Shown here: piece after piece, positions 22,602 through 36,400 of the stretch
How the letters are laid out: each line of letters opens with the position of its first letter
Position numbering within the stretch: position 1 is the first letter of the stretch
DNA from: Daphnia carinata
Taxonomy: Eukaryota
Assembly: GCF_022539665.2 (NCBI RefSeq)
Contig: NC_081332.1
Location: 3,596,001 to 3,660,000 of the forward strand
DNA length: 64,000 bases
Reading direction: 5' to 3'
Translations under genes and position numbers: made by a program
The notes under the pieces: generated by a model
What the model was told of the DNA's origin: nothing
What the model saw: the letters and a program-made list of their open reading frames with translations, nothing else
The model's database searches: none

Positions 22602-22953
22602 ATTTATTTATTTATACCGTCATTGCAGCAACAGCTGGTGTGACGAGAAAATAAATATTTTCCTCAAATCAGCGTTATATTTGGTGTATTACGTGTCATT
22701 TTCATCGAATTTCACCGGAATCAGGGATTGCCAATGCAAATATTGGAGTGTTCTTGTAGGAGTCTATATTCTAATCTGTTTCATGCACTATTAGAATTTT
22801 TAAACCTCCTCTTTAAGGACGGCAACATCTCTATAACATCTTAATTTGACTTTTTGCAAACCCATTGTACACTTTCTGCATGTTCGTTATTGATATTTTT
22901 TTGCATGTAGTAACTTTTTCAGCCACTAAAACAGATGAACATTTAAACAAAAT

Positions 22954-24581
22954 CTAGAGAAACAAGGCATCAAACACAAATTCCGGAAGGTGAGTTGCAA
23001 CAAATATCTTGAAATATTCGTACGCTGCCATTGGTTGATAGCGACAGCGGGGATAGACACGGATCACAGCATCTGTCATGGCATCAACCACGGGCGAAAT
23101 GTCAGATACCTAGTCACGTAATTTAAACGTAATTAAAAATAAGTGTATGGGCGAGTCAGTTTAACTTTTCTTACTCCGGCTGTGGTGTAGGAGAGCATAA
23201 CTTCGGTCTTCTTATCAAAGTATTCCTGACCGTAAGCATTACGTATTTCGTCACTCTACATGAAATTATCATTCCAAGTTACAAGGGAGTCAGTAAAGTA
23301 ACAATTCTTATCTGCGAAGACCCTTACCATGCCATCCCACATTTTTTTCGATTGAGCTTTGACAACGTCAGCATTATACAAAGAAGTACCGGCGATAAAA
23401 TTTCCTGGTTCAATTACTGCCACCTGAAGTTAATCAAATTTGAATTTAGGTAAGCGCGCCCTACAGTAGGACCAAAAAGCTTTTCACTAACATCAACATT
23501 GAATTTTTTCATCTCAAAGCGCAGACAATCGGAGACGGCTTCGACTCCGAATTTGGTGGCGCAATAAGGTGAGCGTCCGTAAGCTCCCATCCGTCCTATA
23601 TCAAAAGTTTTAATGAATTTCGCGCACGAAGTTTGTTGCAATTTTTCGAAGCTATATTTCTTACCAAGCATTGAGGCAACATTCACCACACGACCTTGAG
23701 CTTCACGGATCAACGGAAGAAATCCTTTTGTGACTCGGATCAACCCAAAGAGATTAATGGAGGCCACCTAAAATATGTCAGGTACAAATTGTTTTAGATT
23801 TCAGATCGCCCAAAACTAGTAAGCAACTTACCATTTCGTAAACTGGGAGGGCAACCCATTCCATTTCACCGAAAGTGGAAAAACCAGCATTGTTGACAAC
23901 AGCCCATAGGCCCTGTATCCAAAGAAACGTTCATTGACATCGCAAAGCGATAACTTATCAAACTTTGATCTTACTTTAATAGAAGACGGTAGCTTAGCCC
24001 TGACAGTTTCAACGGCAGCTGCAACTTGATCATCAGACGTAACGTTTAGCTGTACGGTAATCAAGCGACCCGTGCTTTTTCCTGCTTCGTCAAGCTGCTT
24101 CACACCATCTGCACCCTGATCTTTCATAAGGCATCCAGCGAATACGACGAAACCTGTAATAGACAGCTACCATATCATCAATCACTTACAACTCAAACAT
24201 AGTTTTACGATTACCTAAATCATGAAGATGCAAAGCCAGGGCATGTCCGAATCCGGAGTCACATCCGGTTACCAAAACGGCTTTGGTGCTGGGATCAACC
24301 TTAACAAATAAATGAATAAAATATAAATAATAAAAATATATATATATATATATATATATAATTTGCGATATGATTTGACATTTCAATATGCACCTAATTT
24401 TAATTGCCATTCTTACATTCATGAAAGAGTAGATACCAACTGCCGGCAAGGCGATAATAGCCAGGAAGGCAAATAACTGTAGAGAGCAGCATCCTGAGAC
24501 GAAACCAATAACTGCGCTAGCTAACCAGCACACCACTGCAGCTTGAAGACCTCGTTGCGATAAACCGTAAGGAATAGTCAT
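22954..24581 (-). CDS. Short-chain dehydrogenase/reductase, D-beta-hydroxybutyrate dehydrogenase (BDH1)/SDR9C-like, multi-exon
   Basis: Rossmann motif [40 protein letters not shown], catalytic YCATK, IEPGNF. N-terminal hydrophobic segment. Ends ..[10 protein letters not shown] at 22954. Confidence 0.88.
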
Positions 24582-27481
24582 GATTTCTGCGTAATTAAAG
24601 AGTAAAAATTAAAATACTTATAACAAAGAGCGCTTGTGATTATTGATTAGAAAACAGTGACAAGATCTATGAATGGGATCGATCGATGAAATGTATGGGT
24701 TACAACTATATGGGCAATGATCAATGACTGTAACTGACCATAGGTGGCGTAAAAGCAACAACGAAAAAAGAAAACGACACGCCTTTCTTAGATTCTATAG
24801 AAGCATGCAGGAAACGAAACGAGAAAGGTGGGCTATAAATGGCTGCGGAAATCTCAGTTGTTCTAAAAAGCTTTGTGTGTTTTTACATTTCAAACAGTTA
24901 ATTAACCCTTCAATTGTAAAGGAACAACATTTAATTTCGGTCGATATAGCTAAAAGCGTCTGCAATTAATTGTTTACTATCAAAACACAATGAGGATGCA
25001 ACTTGCTTTCTTGCCTCTGCCCAAAGCTTACGTCGTACACAACAGAGAAACTTGAAATTACTACTTCCGCAGATCGATACGAACTAGGACAAACACCAAC
25101 GCGCACAAAACTTTTCAAAGGAAAAGGTTTCAAATCAAGGATTCGATCAATTTTGATTACAGAAACCCCTCAAGACCTTTCATCCATTATTCGTATGAAA
25201 GGCTTGGTAGGCACTGATAACTCGAAAAAGGTAAATCAAAACAGAAAAGAAAATGCTTGCTCACATAGTTGGCAGGACGGAGACTGAACGTCAGACTGCG
25301 TTGAACGCTGTCGTGGAAATCTGGCAAAGTTTGGTTGAACACACGGGAAGTTGTAGCGTGTGAGTGAAAGGCGTCAGCAAACCCGACTTTATTGTGTACA
25401 CCGCAGATCTAAAAAGAAAAAGAAAATTGGACTGAGTTTGTGTTTACGGCGAGCAGACGGAGGGCGTCATACCGTCGTCTTGCTCGGCAGCGCTCCAGCC
25501 ATTTGGCATCGTCCCAACCGATACGGACATGTGGCCACCGGTTAAATGGCAGCGCTGCTGGCTTTATAAGGAATCGAACAAAATAGGGCGCGAAAGCTAC
25601 ACGGCGAACGTCAGCAGACGTAAGTTTCAAGTTCTTCTACCTTCCACGTCTTCCATTGGTTGCAAGTCCATGTTTTATTCCTTCGTTTTTTCTTTCGATC
25701 ACATTGCTGATGAAAATGATCAGTTTAAAAGGGGAGGTGCTTTACTGCAATGCTTCATTGCACTTCATTGGCATACGTGCCGACTGAACACGATGACTTG
25801 CATTTTCATGAAATTCCTTTTGACATAACCTAATAACCTTGATTAGCTAAGCAGTTTGACAAGCTAGCCTTTATGAATGGCCTTGCCGTCCATACCACGC
25901 CTTAGACCGGTAAGCAGCGTACAAACAAACTCATACATGGGCTTGCATGTGATTACCACGTCCGCATTTCTGGCTGTTTAGATTACCCAGCCAGACTGGA
26001 CTACAAAAGGCGTACCTGCAATTGAAAAAATGTATCGACAAAGTTTGCCGTATACAATGACTAAACTCGATCCACGTGGCGAAGAAGGAAAACGCTTTGC
26101 AAACAAACTTCGAACACGTAGATCCCATTGTTCTATTTTCGAACGTGATGGAACGATGCCAAACATTTGCGCGACGGTGGTAGACACAAGCCAGCATTGA
26201 CGTCAAACCTGGCAAGAAAAAGGTTAAATGTTTCAATCATTAGAATAATTAGTGGTTTAAAAATAAATGTCGAGAACAGTCTACCTTAATGTTTTCTTCC
26301 ACTCGTTATATGGTCCAATGAATATCTTCAAGTCCCCATAACAAGGCAATCATTTTTCCGATTTAGGAATAAAAAAGTCTAAAAATTAATTTCTAGAAAA
26401 GTATAACCCTTAATCATATCATGCATCGTAATCAACGAGTGAGAGACTTGAAGTCTAGTCATGTGCAAAAAAAAAAAAAAAAGATATCGACCAACATGGA
26501 AAACCTGACGTCAGAAGACATTAAAGTACGTCCATAAATAAGACAAGTCCGGGTGGATATGAAGAGGAGGAAAAAATAAATAAATACGAAATAAAATAAA
26601 AACAAAATAAAATAAAAAAATAAATATAAATAAAGAGAAAAAACATGCTATAACAAGTTAAGATTCCTTATTCTAAAAATGGCGTGTCGTGCATTAGCCA
26701 AAATTAAACAGCGTACGTGCCCTGGAAAACTTCCATGAAGGTGTATACTCACGATCTTTTCTATGACGAAGAAGAATTTTTTATTTTGTAGTCTTGTTCA
26801 GAATAATCTACGTTATTCCTTTCATCACGAAAAATAATCCTGGCTGGCACGTACGAGGTAATGACCGGCAATAAGTTGAGGGTCGATTACGATGCTCTCG
26901 CTCCGTGAATATTAAAAAAAAAAAAGCTGGCGCTCAGGAAAACTTCAAAGGACGCATACATTTACAAGTCAAGTGGCATGATATTTTCGATAACTCCAGT
27001 TCAAATGGCATAATTCGTGACGTGGATAGTTGTTGAATTATGTAATGCGGGTCCTCCTGTAACATAAAATACACCAAACTGATCAATCGATCGCATTTCC
27101 AAGGAAACGTAAAGACATGAAAACCAAGAAAAATTCCATGCTTACCCGAAATGCGATAAAAGTCCGGTGCGGCCGCATTGACGCGTAATGCGGATATTTG
27201 GAAAAAGAATTTAAAAAAAGAATTCGTGAGCCTGCACGAATGCTACATTAGGTACACAAAAAGTTGTTTGCCTTGTCGGCAACAGCTGTTTCGCAGACGA
27301 CCGATCCCTTTCGACTGATTAAACAAATACACAGTGCTAGCGACAGAAGTGCGAAGAGGAAAGAATGAACGACAGTTTGTTGTATTCCAAGTTTTGGAAC
27401 AACAAAAAAAAAAAAAGAAAAAGAAAACTGGGAAGAATATTTGGGATTTAATAGGGAAACAAACAAATACAAACCATTGTC

Positions 27482-30400
27482 TTATATGGTGGAGGAAGAC
27501 GTGACCAATTCGAACCATTGACGAAGAGCGTCGCTCAAAACGATGGGCAGCGTCTGAATATCTCGGAGGATGACATAAAAAGGAAAGGGGAAACTGTCCA
27601 GGTAGGGCTTAATGCCCTGAAGTTTGCCATTCGACGGATCGAAGACGGGCACGCGAATGTCGAGAATGGAATCTTTACCTTCCGGATTGTCGAGAATGAC
27701 AAATACCATAAAGAGACCGGCCTGTTTAGCCCGCCGGATGGCTTGGTGAACGCATTCGGATCCCTCGCTAAACAGACCCCGACCGTCAGATACAATCAAC
27801 AAAAGTTGGGCCGTCGATGACAACTGAGCCGAAGACGTCGAGCGAGCTTGGCTCATTAACGCCGTTACGAAATCCACAAGTTCAGAGATCTTCGTTTTCT
27901 TCTGCTCGAAAGTGAACTGTTGCAAGATCCTGTCAAACAAAAGGTAAGCGGTCATGTTTTTTCTTTCAAACGACAATATTCTGTTTAATTACTTTGGTCC
28001 ACTCGTGTCATTAAAAGTTTCATGAAGTGGGTGGAGCAGTTGAACGCTTTCTCCAAATGACACGACTCCAAGTTGGCCGGCCTCCAATAAAGAGAGCGCT
28101 TTGCTGATTAACGCCACCGATTCGAAAGCCAATTCTTTGGAACGATTATCAGCCATACTAATAAATGAAAGACATTTTTTGTTATGACGTTTCCAGTTCA
28201 ACAGATTTTTAAAAAATGAAACCTGGACGAATCGTCGACAGCCAAAACAATTTGATAATTCCTTTGGGCGGGTTTGGTGCGCCGTAACCAGATGCGATCC
28301 TTTCTGAACTGACTAGCAATATACGGGATCACTTTACGCATATTCAGACGTTTGCCCGTCCGGTAGTCCCCCTACACCACGATATTCAAAACAGCCGGTG
28401 ATAAACGTGTTAAAGCTTTATCGTCAGATTTAAATAATACCTTCAGTCTGGAAGCCTGTGACGGTTCCAGGATCAGCCGGAGCTGTTCGCACAAATCTTG
28501 AGCTAGACCTGATGTCACCATTTCCAATTTTCGCCAAGTATCCTGACCCTCTGAGTCATCGATCTAATCAATAAATAAATAACTGAAAGCAAATCAAAAC
28601 GATATGTTTAAATAACGTGTAGGACGTACGTGTGTTGTTGACCATGTAGCCAGTCGCTGTTCTAGATCACACCTGAGTTCTTCCACCGTTTCCATGGATA
28701 CGACCGATTCGGGAAGTGCCATTAATTCCGGCTGAGTCATGAAACTGGACTCGGGTCCCCGTTGGGCAGTCAATGTCGGAACAATTTCACCTTCGACTTT
28801 GAGACGTGAAATAACATACATAAATCATCATCCGAAAATCAAAGAAATTAAAAGCCTTACTTTGTATGAGGTTTTCATCCACGTCTTGTTCCATGCCCTG
28901 AGCTTCGCCTCGTTTACGGCCTTTTTTCTTGGAATCGGGTACTTTCTCTGCATCCCGCTGCTCGATGGAACTTTCATCTTCGTCGATATCTTCATCTTTC
29001 ATCGCTACATCTTCATCCATTTCATCTTTTAATTCTTCCTCCTCTTTCTTCTGCAAAACAGACATCTGTTCTTTAGCCTGCTCTTCGGTTGCAGCGTCTT
29101 TGGCGAGCGCGTCATAGAGCTGGTCCACTTTCTTGACATGTTCGAAGAGGTTGTCTTCGTTAGCAGCGTTTTCGTCTTGCTCGGGACCTTCGTCTTCATC
29201 TTGCTGCGATTTTTTCTCAGTCGTGTGAACCTTTCAAATCAAACGCGACATAGATTAAAACGCTTCCTTCTAATTTAAATGACATGCCTAACTCACCTGA
29301 AGGACTCGCTCTTTACGTTGATCTGCTAGAGCTCTGTTGGGATCCGATTGTCCGGGCTTCCTCGGTTTGCCTTTCCCCTTTTCCTCCTCATCCTCATCCT
29401 TGGCCGTTTTTCGATTGACTTTCGATTGCTCTTCGCCTTCGTGGCCCTGACTCTGCCGCGACTCGGCCATGCCGATGCCCTCGACATCCTCGTTATCGGC
29501 CTCTTGATTTTGCCCGCCATCCTCTTCGGGCTTATTATCAGCCGTGTCTTTGCGGGCCGTTTTGTCCTGAGAGCCTTTCACCGACTCTTCCGTGGCAGGC
29601 TGCGCTTCGGTTTCGGACGGCTGATCCATGGACGGAACAGCCTGATCGGGGGCGTCTGCCTTTTGCGGATCATCGCCTTCGGCCGATTCTTCCATCTCCT
29701 TTTCATTGCTCTCTTCTCCACCGTCTTCCTCTTCGTCGCCATCTTTAGGTCTTTGGTCGTTCTCTTTCGGTTCGGCAGTGTCTTCACCTTCTTCGGCCCC
29801 GTCTGGAACGGGTTGGTCCTCTTTCTTGGCATCCTCATCTTCTCCATCCTTTTCTTCCAATTCCTGTTCGTTTTTCATGGCGTCAATGTCGAAAGGATTT
29901 TCTTCCGCATCCAGCTCTTCCTCGTCTTTATCTTTGGGATTGCCTCCGTCAAGATTGAGATCATCGGGCACGTCGAGCGGTTCCGGTTCCGGCGGAGGTT
30001 CGTGCGACGTGTGATACGGGTCGATCTGATCATCATTGATATTCTCATCGTCTTCATCGTCGATATCTTTGGGCTTATCCTTCTTCTTCTCGGGCCCTTT
30101 GTCGTCCTCGCCATCTTCCTGCTGCTCGTCATCATCGCCCTGTTTGGCAGTCATTTCCGATTCCGTTTTTTGGCCGTCTCCCTGACCTTCGTCTTGATCC
30201 TGATCGTCATTGTCTTCCTCTTCGTCGCTACCCCACACTTTCTCCTCCAATTGATCGGCATCCTCGCCCGTATCGCCCATTTCCTTGTCCAGTTTGTCTT
30301 CGTCCTCGTCGTCCTCGTTGCCGCTATCCTCGTCACCATCGGCATCCTCCTTCTTCTCGCGATCCTGCAGATCGGCGTCAAAGTCTTCGCTCATCTCGAT

Positions 30401-33400
30401 ACCGTTCTCTTCTTCTTTCGGTCCGTTTTTATCATCTTTCTCTTCGCTCTCTTCTTCCTTGCCTTGCTGACGGGCAGAGTCCAGCTGATCTTCGTCCTGG
30501 ATTTGATCCGAAACGTCTTTCGCTCCTTCGCCATCGCCCAGGCCGCCAGACTCGTTGTCCTCGAATTTCGTTCCAGCACCGCCTTCTTTGGAATCGTCCA
30601 GCTCCGAGGGTAGACAGAAACCCTTTTCCAGCAGTTGGTTAAACACGTTCAAGAGGACGGATAGCAATTTAGACGAAGCGCGGAGTGTGGCCAGCTGCGA
30701 GCTCAAGTAGTACTCGACGACGAAGACGTACTGATCGAACACGGGAGCGCATTGTGACAAGAGACGGGCGTGATGGCTATCGTATTTGACCATTTCAACG
30801 AGACGTGACATCTCGGCCATCGTTCCATCCAGCCTCAGCATTTTGGACAAGTCCGTTTCCATTTCCGATATCAATTTCGATGTCAAGTGATCCACTTCGA
30901 AGTCATCGTCTTCTTCGGCTTTCGGTTCGTCCGTCTCGTTGTATTTCTTGTAGATTTCTTGAATTCCATGAAGGACGGACTGACAGAGTTTGTCCACATC
31001 CGCTGCTTCGATCCTGGAATCCCTACTCGGTCTGGAGATGTTCTGCGATTGAAAGCCTTGAACGGCGGCGTTGAACCTGCGTCTAAGATGTTCCAGCGAA
31101 GAGCCAAAGTTCTGCGGACCTGCAACCGCAACCATCTGTTCCAGTAGACTCTGCGTTTCGTCGATCGTTTTGAAGCCACGGATGATGCAATGCCACTGAT
31201 CGCTGCTGAACAGCCACGAAGAGGTGGATGCGATCCGGTACAGATGAAACTGTTTCTCCAGGTCTTGACGCACTACCATCATCTTGCTGGCCAGCTGGGC
31301 TTTTAAAGACAAAAGAGATGAGGCCACCTCCTTCGTCACAGGTTTAGTAGTACCATCTTCGAGCCGAAGCTGAACGACGTCGAATACTCCAGACGGACAC
31401 GCTTTCATCAACGATTCAAATTCTTCCAGGACGGCTAGCGCATCCACTACGAGCTGCCAGAGATGATCCAGGTCGTTCACGACCACACAAGATTCTGGAA
31501 CAGGCTCAACAGAAGACCGGAAGCCGTTCAATTGAGCCGTTAGCATGCGCAAGTGGACCAGTTTGTCCAGCGTTTCGGAGCATTTCGTCCACTGGTCTTG
31601 TACGACGTTCATAAATTGCGCCGCGAATCCTTTGAGGCGTTCCACGGTGGACGGGCCAAGTTCAGACGATGGCTTCTCCAGCAATCTGGCCGAAATGGCC
31701 AAACGCGCAAGACAACGCGTGTAGTAATGCGGCCCTTTATTCCACGCGTTTCGAATGGCGCAATGAGATGGGCGTTCCGGCAAGTGTTCTAAGCTGGCCT
31801 CCACGTCCAGGATGGGCAAGACGATCTCGAGAGATGACAATCCTTTGTCTTGACTAAAGAGAAACGTGCCTTTGCGATAGGAAACGCCCAGCTGCTGCAA
31901 GGTGCGGAAGAGCTGGAACAGAGACTTCCTCTTCCGCATGCTGATGGCTTTGGCTTCGTTCTTCTGGCGCTCCTTGTCCGCCCCGCTGCTGATGATCTTC
32001 AATCGTTGCAGCTGATTGACGGAGCTGATGACCGTTCCGACTAAATCGTCCACGGCCTGGATTCGCCGCTGGAACGGCGATTTGCGTAGAGTCTTGCCGC
32101 ACAGATTCAAACTCTTGGCGTAAAGGCTGGGCAGCCGAGAAAGGACTAAATGTTCGGCCAGCGGTACAGCATCAAAGCCGGCCATCGACTGGGCGTTGCC
32201 AATGAAAGGCTCCACAGCAATAGGTACGAGCGCTGGAACATTTTCTGCTTCCAGTTCGACGCCCGGCTCGCTCAGCACGGTTCTGGCGGGCTGTTCCAGC
32301 ACGTCGCGCCACTCCTTCATGTGCTTGTGCAGAGTGCCGTGCGCTTTGTGGACGGCTTCTTTGAGCGCGTAATAATTGATATCGTTCCAGCGCATAATCT
32401 TGATGAAATCTTTGACTTTCTTATCGATGGGTTGTCGTAGGGAAGTCTTCCGTTTCACAACGAGCGGCAAGAATTGGCCGTAAAAGAGGACGGCGTGCCA
32501 TAATAGGCGCAAAAGCGGATCGTGCCGGCCAGAGAGAGCGACGTGACACGCGAACGCTCTCAGCATCCGCAAGCGCATGTCATATTGGCCGAGCGTGGCG
32601 CTTTCCATGAACTGGCGCAACGTCGATTGGATGGGTGTCAAGTCGGCCATGGCCGTATCGTCATTCAGCAACGACGTGATGGTCGAATAGAGATGGAACC
32701 AATACTTGCACGCCGTACCTGCCGCCCGCTTCTCAACGTTGTCGAGGCACAACTTCCAGCCGTCGAGCTCGAGGGTCCGCCAGCGTAATATGAGACGCGA
32801 CAGGGCGTGAATATCTTCGCTGATGGAGACACCTCGATGGGCATTGGCTTCCCATTCGTGGCATTTGGTGAGCAACATCTCCAGGCCCGTCACCAGTTTC
32901 ATGATGGGACTGTCGACGGCGAACGAGAGGATCCGATCGATCAATTTCGACACGTCCAGCAGCGTCGCGTGGCCCGGCCACTGGTTCAGGAGGTCGGCGA
33001 TCCTTAATCGCAAGTGTTCCAGGACGGGTCGGCATTGGACGGCTTCGTCGACGCGCGGATCGTAGTAAAAGTCGAATTTGTCGCTAGAACCACCTTCTGT
33101 TTGTCCGTTCCTCAGCACATGTTCCAAAAAGATCAGATGGGCTCCTAAACAAAAAAATATTTATCATCATTAAGGACACCCGAAAGAATCCAGTTTCACA
33201 CTCGTCCACGTTCCAAAAAAAAAAAGTTTGTACGAGAACAACCCACGCTCTGCCATTTGCATTTGCATTGGCCACAATAGCATCTCATTGCGGGAGCTTT
33301 TAATCCGCACGCTTAAAGCAACTAAACTAGCCAAACTTTTGCACCGACACTAGGGGAGGGGAATGTATTCTGTACAATTGAGTCTAAATTGTAAGAGAAA

Positions 33401-36400
33401 GAGAGAGAAAAGTTGAAAATAGGGCCTCACGCGTTTAGCTGGAACACGCGCAAGTTTGCAACCGCTGTATATATAAATGCCCTGAAAGTTTCTTACCGAT
33501 TAGCCGACGATCGAATTGCGTACTCAAACAGGGCTCAAGAGTTGCCGTAATGCGGCCCAGCAGTGGGTAACGCATCGAAAAGCCTCCGGCGGACGAAGGT
33601 GAGGCGGCCGACTCCGCGTCCGACGCGCTCACGAAGATGGAACGCGCCCAGCTGAGTAACAAGGACACGTGTCGTTCGCAGATGAAATGCTGGTCTTGCG
33701 GAGTGAGCTGGAAATCGTGCAAATCACCCTCCTCCTGCTGGTCCGTTTCCATGGCAACGGCCCCCCCACCATTGTCCTCGTTGAATTCCGACTCGTAAGA
33801 CGGGAAAAACTGTTCCAGGGCCCGTTTCTCCGCCTCGGCATCGTTGACTTCTCCTTCATGGTGCACCGTCCGGCTCTTGTAGAGGCTCTCTTTTTCCAGC
33901 TCGCGCTGCTTCCGGCGCTCTTCCGCGGCGGCCCAAGACGACACGAGCGCGTCGAGGATGGCCGTCTGCGTGCTCCAGGCTTGCCGATCGATCCGCCGGG
34001 CGTGGAAAGTGTAGCGTTCAATGTCTTTCAGAGCGGAGAAGAGTAACGTCTTCTTGTTCTCGTTCCGCTCCGACGCATTCTCAAACACAAAGTCAAAGAG
34101 GCGGCCGACTCCGGCCGACGTGCAGAGCTGCGCTAGGGCCACCACGCCAGCGGGCTGTTCGGCCGCCAGCCGAGACGGCCGATCGAAAAGGTCGGCAATC
34201 GAATCGCTCCAATCGGGATTGTCGTCACCAAAGTCCGTCCTCCAGGCTGCGGCTTTCACGTTCCTCACGAGCAACTCGGCGCCGTGCATCATTTGCGCGA
34301 TGCCGGCCAAGACGGGAACGATCATATCGGGATAGTCAACGTATTTATTCTTGAGCGATTGATAAAAACTGCGCTGGGCAGCCAGCCACAATTCGGCTTG
34401 AGAAATGATCATGGCGGACGCGTCGCGGCCGCTTTGAAATTCACGCAGTTTGTCGTGAAGGGCCGTGACCGACTGCGGCGAGGCTACCGAGTTCACGTAG
34501 TGGCGAATGTCTTTGACAAGTTGCTGAAACAGCGATAACTCAGGACGCCACGTGGGTTTACGCGTCCGCTCTTCTTCCAGTTTGACGTCCAGCCGTTCTT
34601 TAAGGCCGGCAAAGTGGCGGACGTGCGGGTGTTGAGTATCGATCATCAACTCACCGCCAACGATCAGTTGATGGTGCAATCCGTGAACTCGTAAAAATTG
34701 ATGGACTCTGTCCGCTTGCCGGCGTCTGAGCGCCGCCTTGAGTTTGCGCTTCTCCACCGGATCCACTTGGTCGCCCGCCGACAAAAGCAAACAACGGGCC
34801 AGGCCTTGCACGAGCCAAAGCGATCCCACGTCGCACGGGTTTTCGACGTAATCGCTGGCCCGTTTCACTATTTCAACGACTGACGAATGGACTCCCGACC
34901 CGTTCCAGGAGTTCACGTCGGTCGATACGGCAACGCGCAGCGCGTGACACACGCCTTCAATCAGCTGTTGAATGGATTGGACGGCCAGACGATGATCGTT
35001 CAACATCGGATCGAAGTCGGGCCTTTGCAGCTTGTCAGCGTTGATCCACAAGACTTCTTTCAGCATCTTCAATCGAGCCCGTTTCTCTTCCGACTGGCCG
35101 AGAGCAACTTGTCCGTCTCCTTCAATCACGTTGGCAGCCGTGGCAGAAAAGAGGGGCGAAACGGCCTGACATTGTTGGCGACGGCTCCACGACATCCTCG
35201 TTACAATTTCCCAATGGGCCAGATGCGACTCGATCCACGGTAGAGGGCCGGCCTGGAATAATGCCGCGCTTCCGCTCCCTCCAGCTGATACCAATCCGCA
35301 GAGCGTGTCGCCGGGCTGGCGATAATGTCCCAACATGGCGACGTGATCCACCAGTGACAGAACGTGTAATTGAGCAGCGTCATCTGTCTTCACCGCTTCC
35401 AGCGAAATGCGATTCAATTCACGTTCCAGTTGCGCCAACGCGTCAATATCGCCTTCGCGAATGAGACGGCCAACGCCGCGCACTAACTGCGAACCTTGGG
35501 CGGACACGACAACGGCTGGCAGACAGCAACTTGCCAAAATGGATGCAATTAGACGCGCTCTCCGTGAATGATCCTCGTCCACAAACGGTTCAACGCGCTG
35601 ATCCAGCCAACGTCGCAAACGACGAGATAGCACGACGGCTTGGCTGCGCTCCACTTCGACGGGCACGTCCAACGAAGCCACGGGGAAACGTTGAAGCAAA
35701 GCCGAAATGACGGGCACTGTCCGTTTCAACAGCCACGACCAGTACTGAGCTATGCGAGATAGAGTCGTTTCCAGCTCGTCGCCATCGACAGAGAGCGCCT
35801 CAACGTCCAGCATGTGTCGTCTCATTTCGACGGCCTCCATTAAATCTGCCCAGTCTTTGTTGGTGAGTTGAACTTGGGCGGAGGAGAGCAGCCGCTGAAC
35901 GACTTCATCCAGCCGACTTAAGAACCGCGGAATGGACACTAAAATCTGATCCGGCGCAGCTTCTTCGGCCAGCGTTCCAGCCTCGATGGCACGGCTGAGT
36001 GCGGCTAACGTACGCCCTTGCGTATGAGCAATCTCGTTCCTGGACGCGTTCCAGGCTGCCCAAAACAAAGCCAGGGATGTTCGATTGCTGTGAAGAGCTT
36101 GCCCGTCTTCTACGCTGACGTCCACGTTGAAATGATGCCGACAGATGTTGCCGAACCAGCGAGGATCCCACGGAAGTTCGGAGGAGTTCGTTATCTGTGC
36201 GCGGAGTATTTCTGCAAGCCGGACGCTGAGCGTGTCAGGGGACGTCGTGTTTCCGACGCAGTCCGTCCGCCAGTCAACGTCTTTCCCGCTGGCCGTCAAA
36301 TAGAGGAACAAAACAGCGTCTTGACGGGCATCCGTATGGGCAAGTTGCTGAACCAATAACGAAGCTTGCCTGACACGAGCCAACACGGACGACAGTTGAA

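Noticed and set aside
29348..30613. 421 aa hydrophobic plus-strand ORF
   Set aside because: Antisense shadow of the D/E-rich region of midasin.
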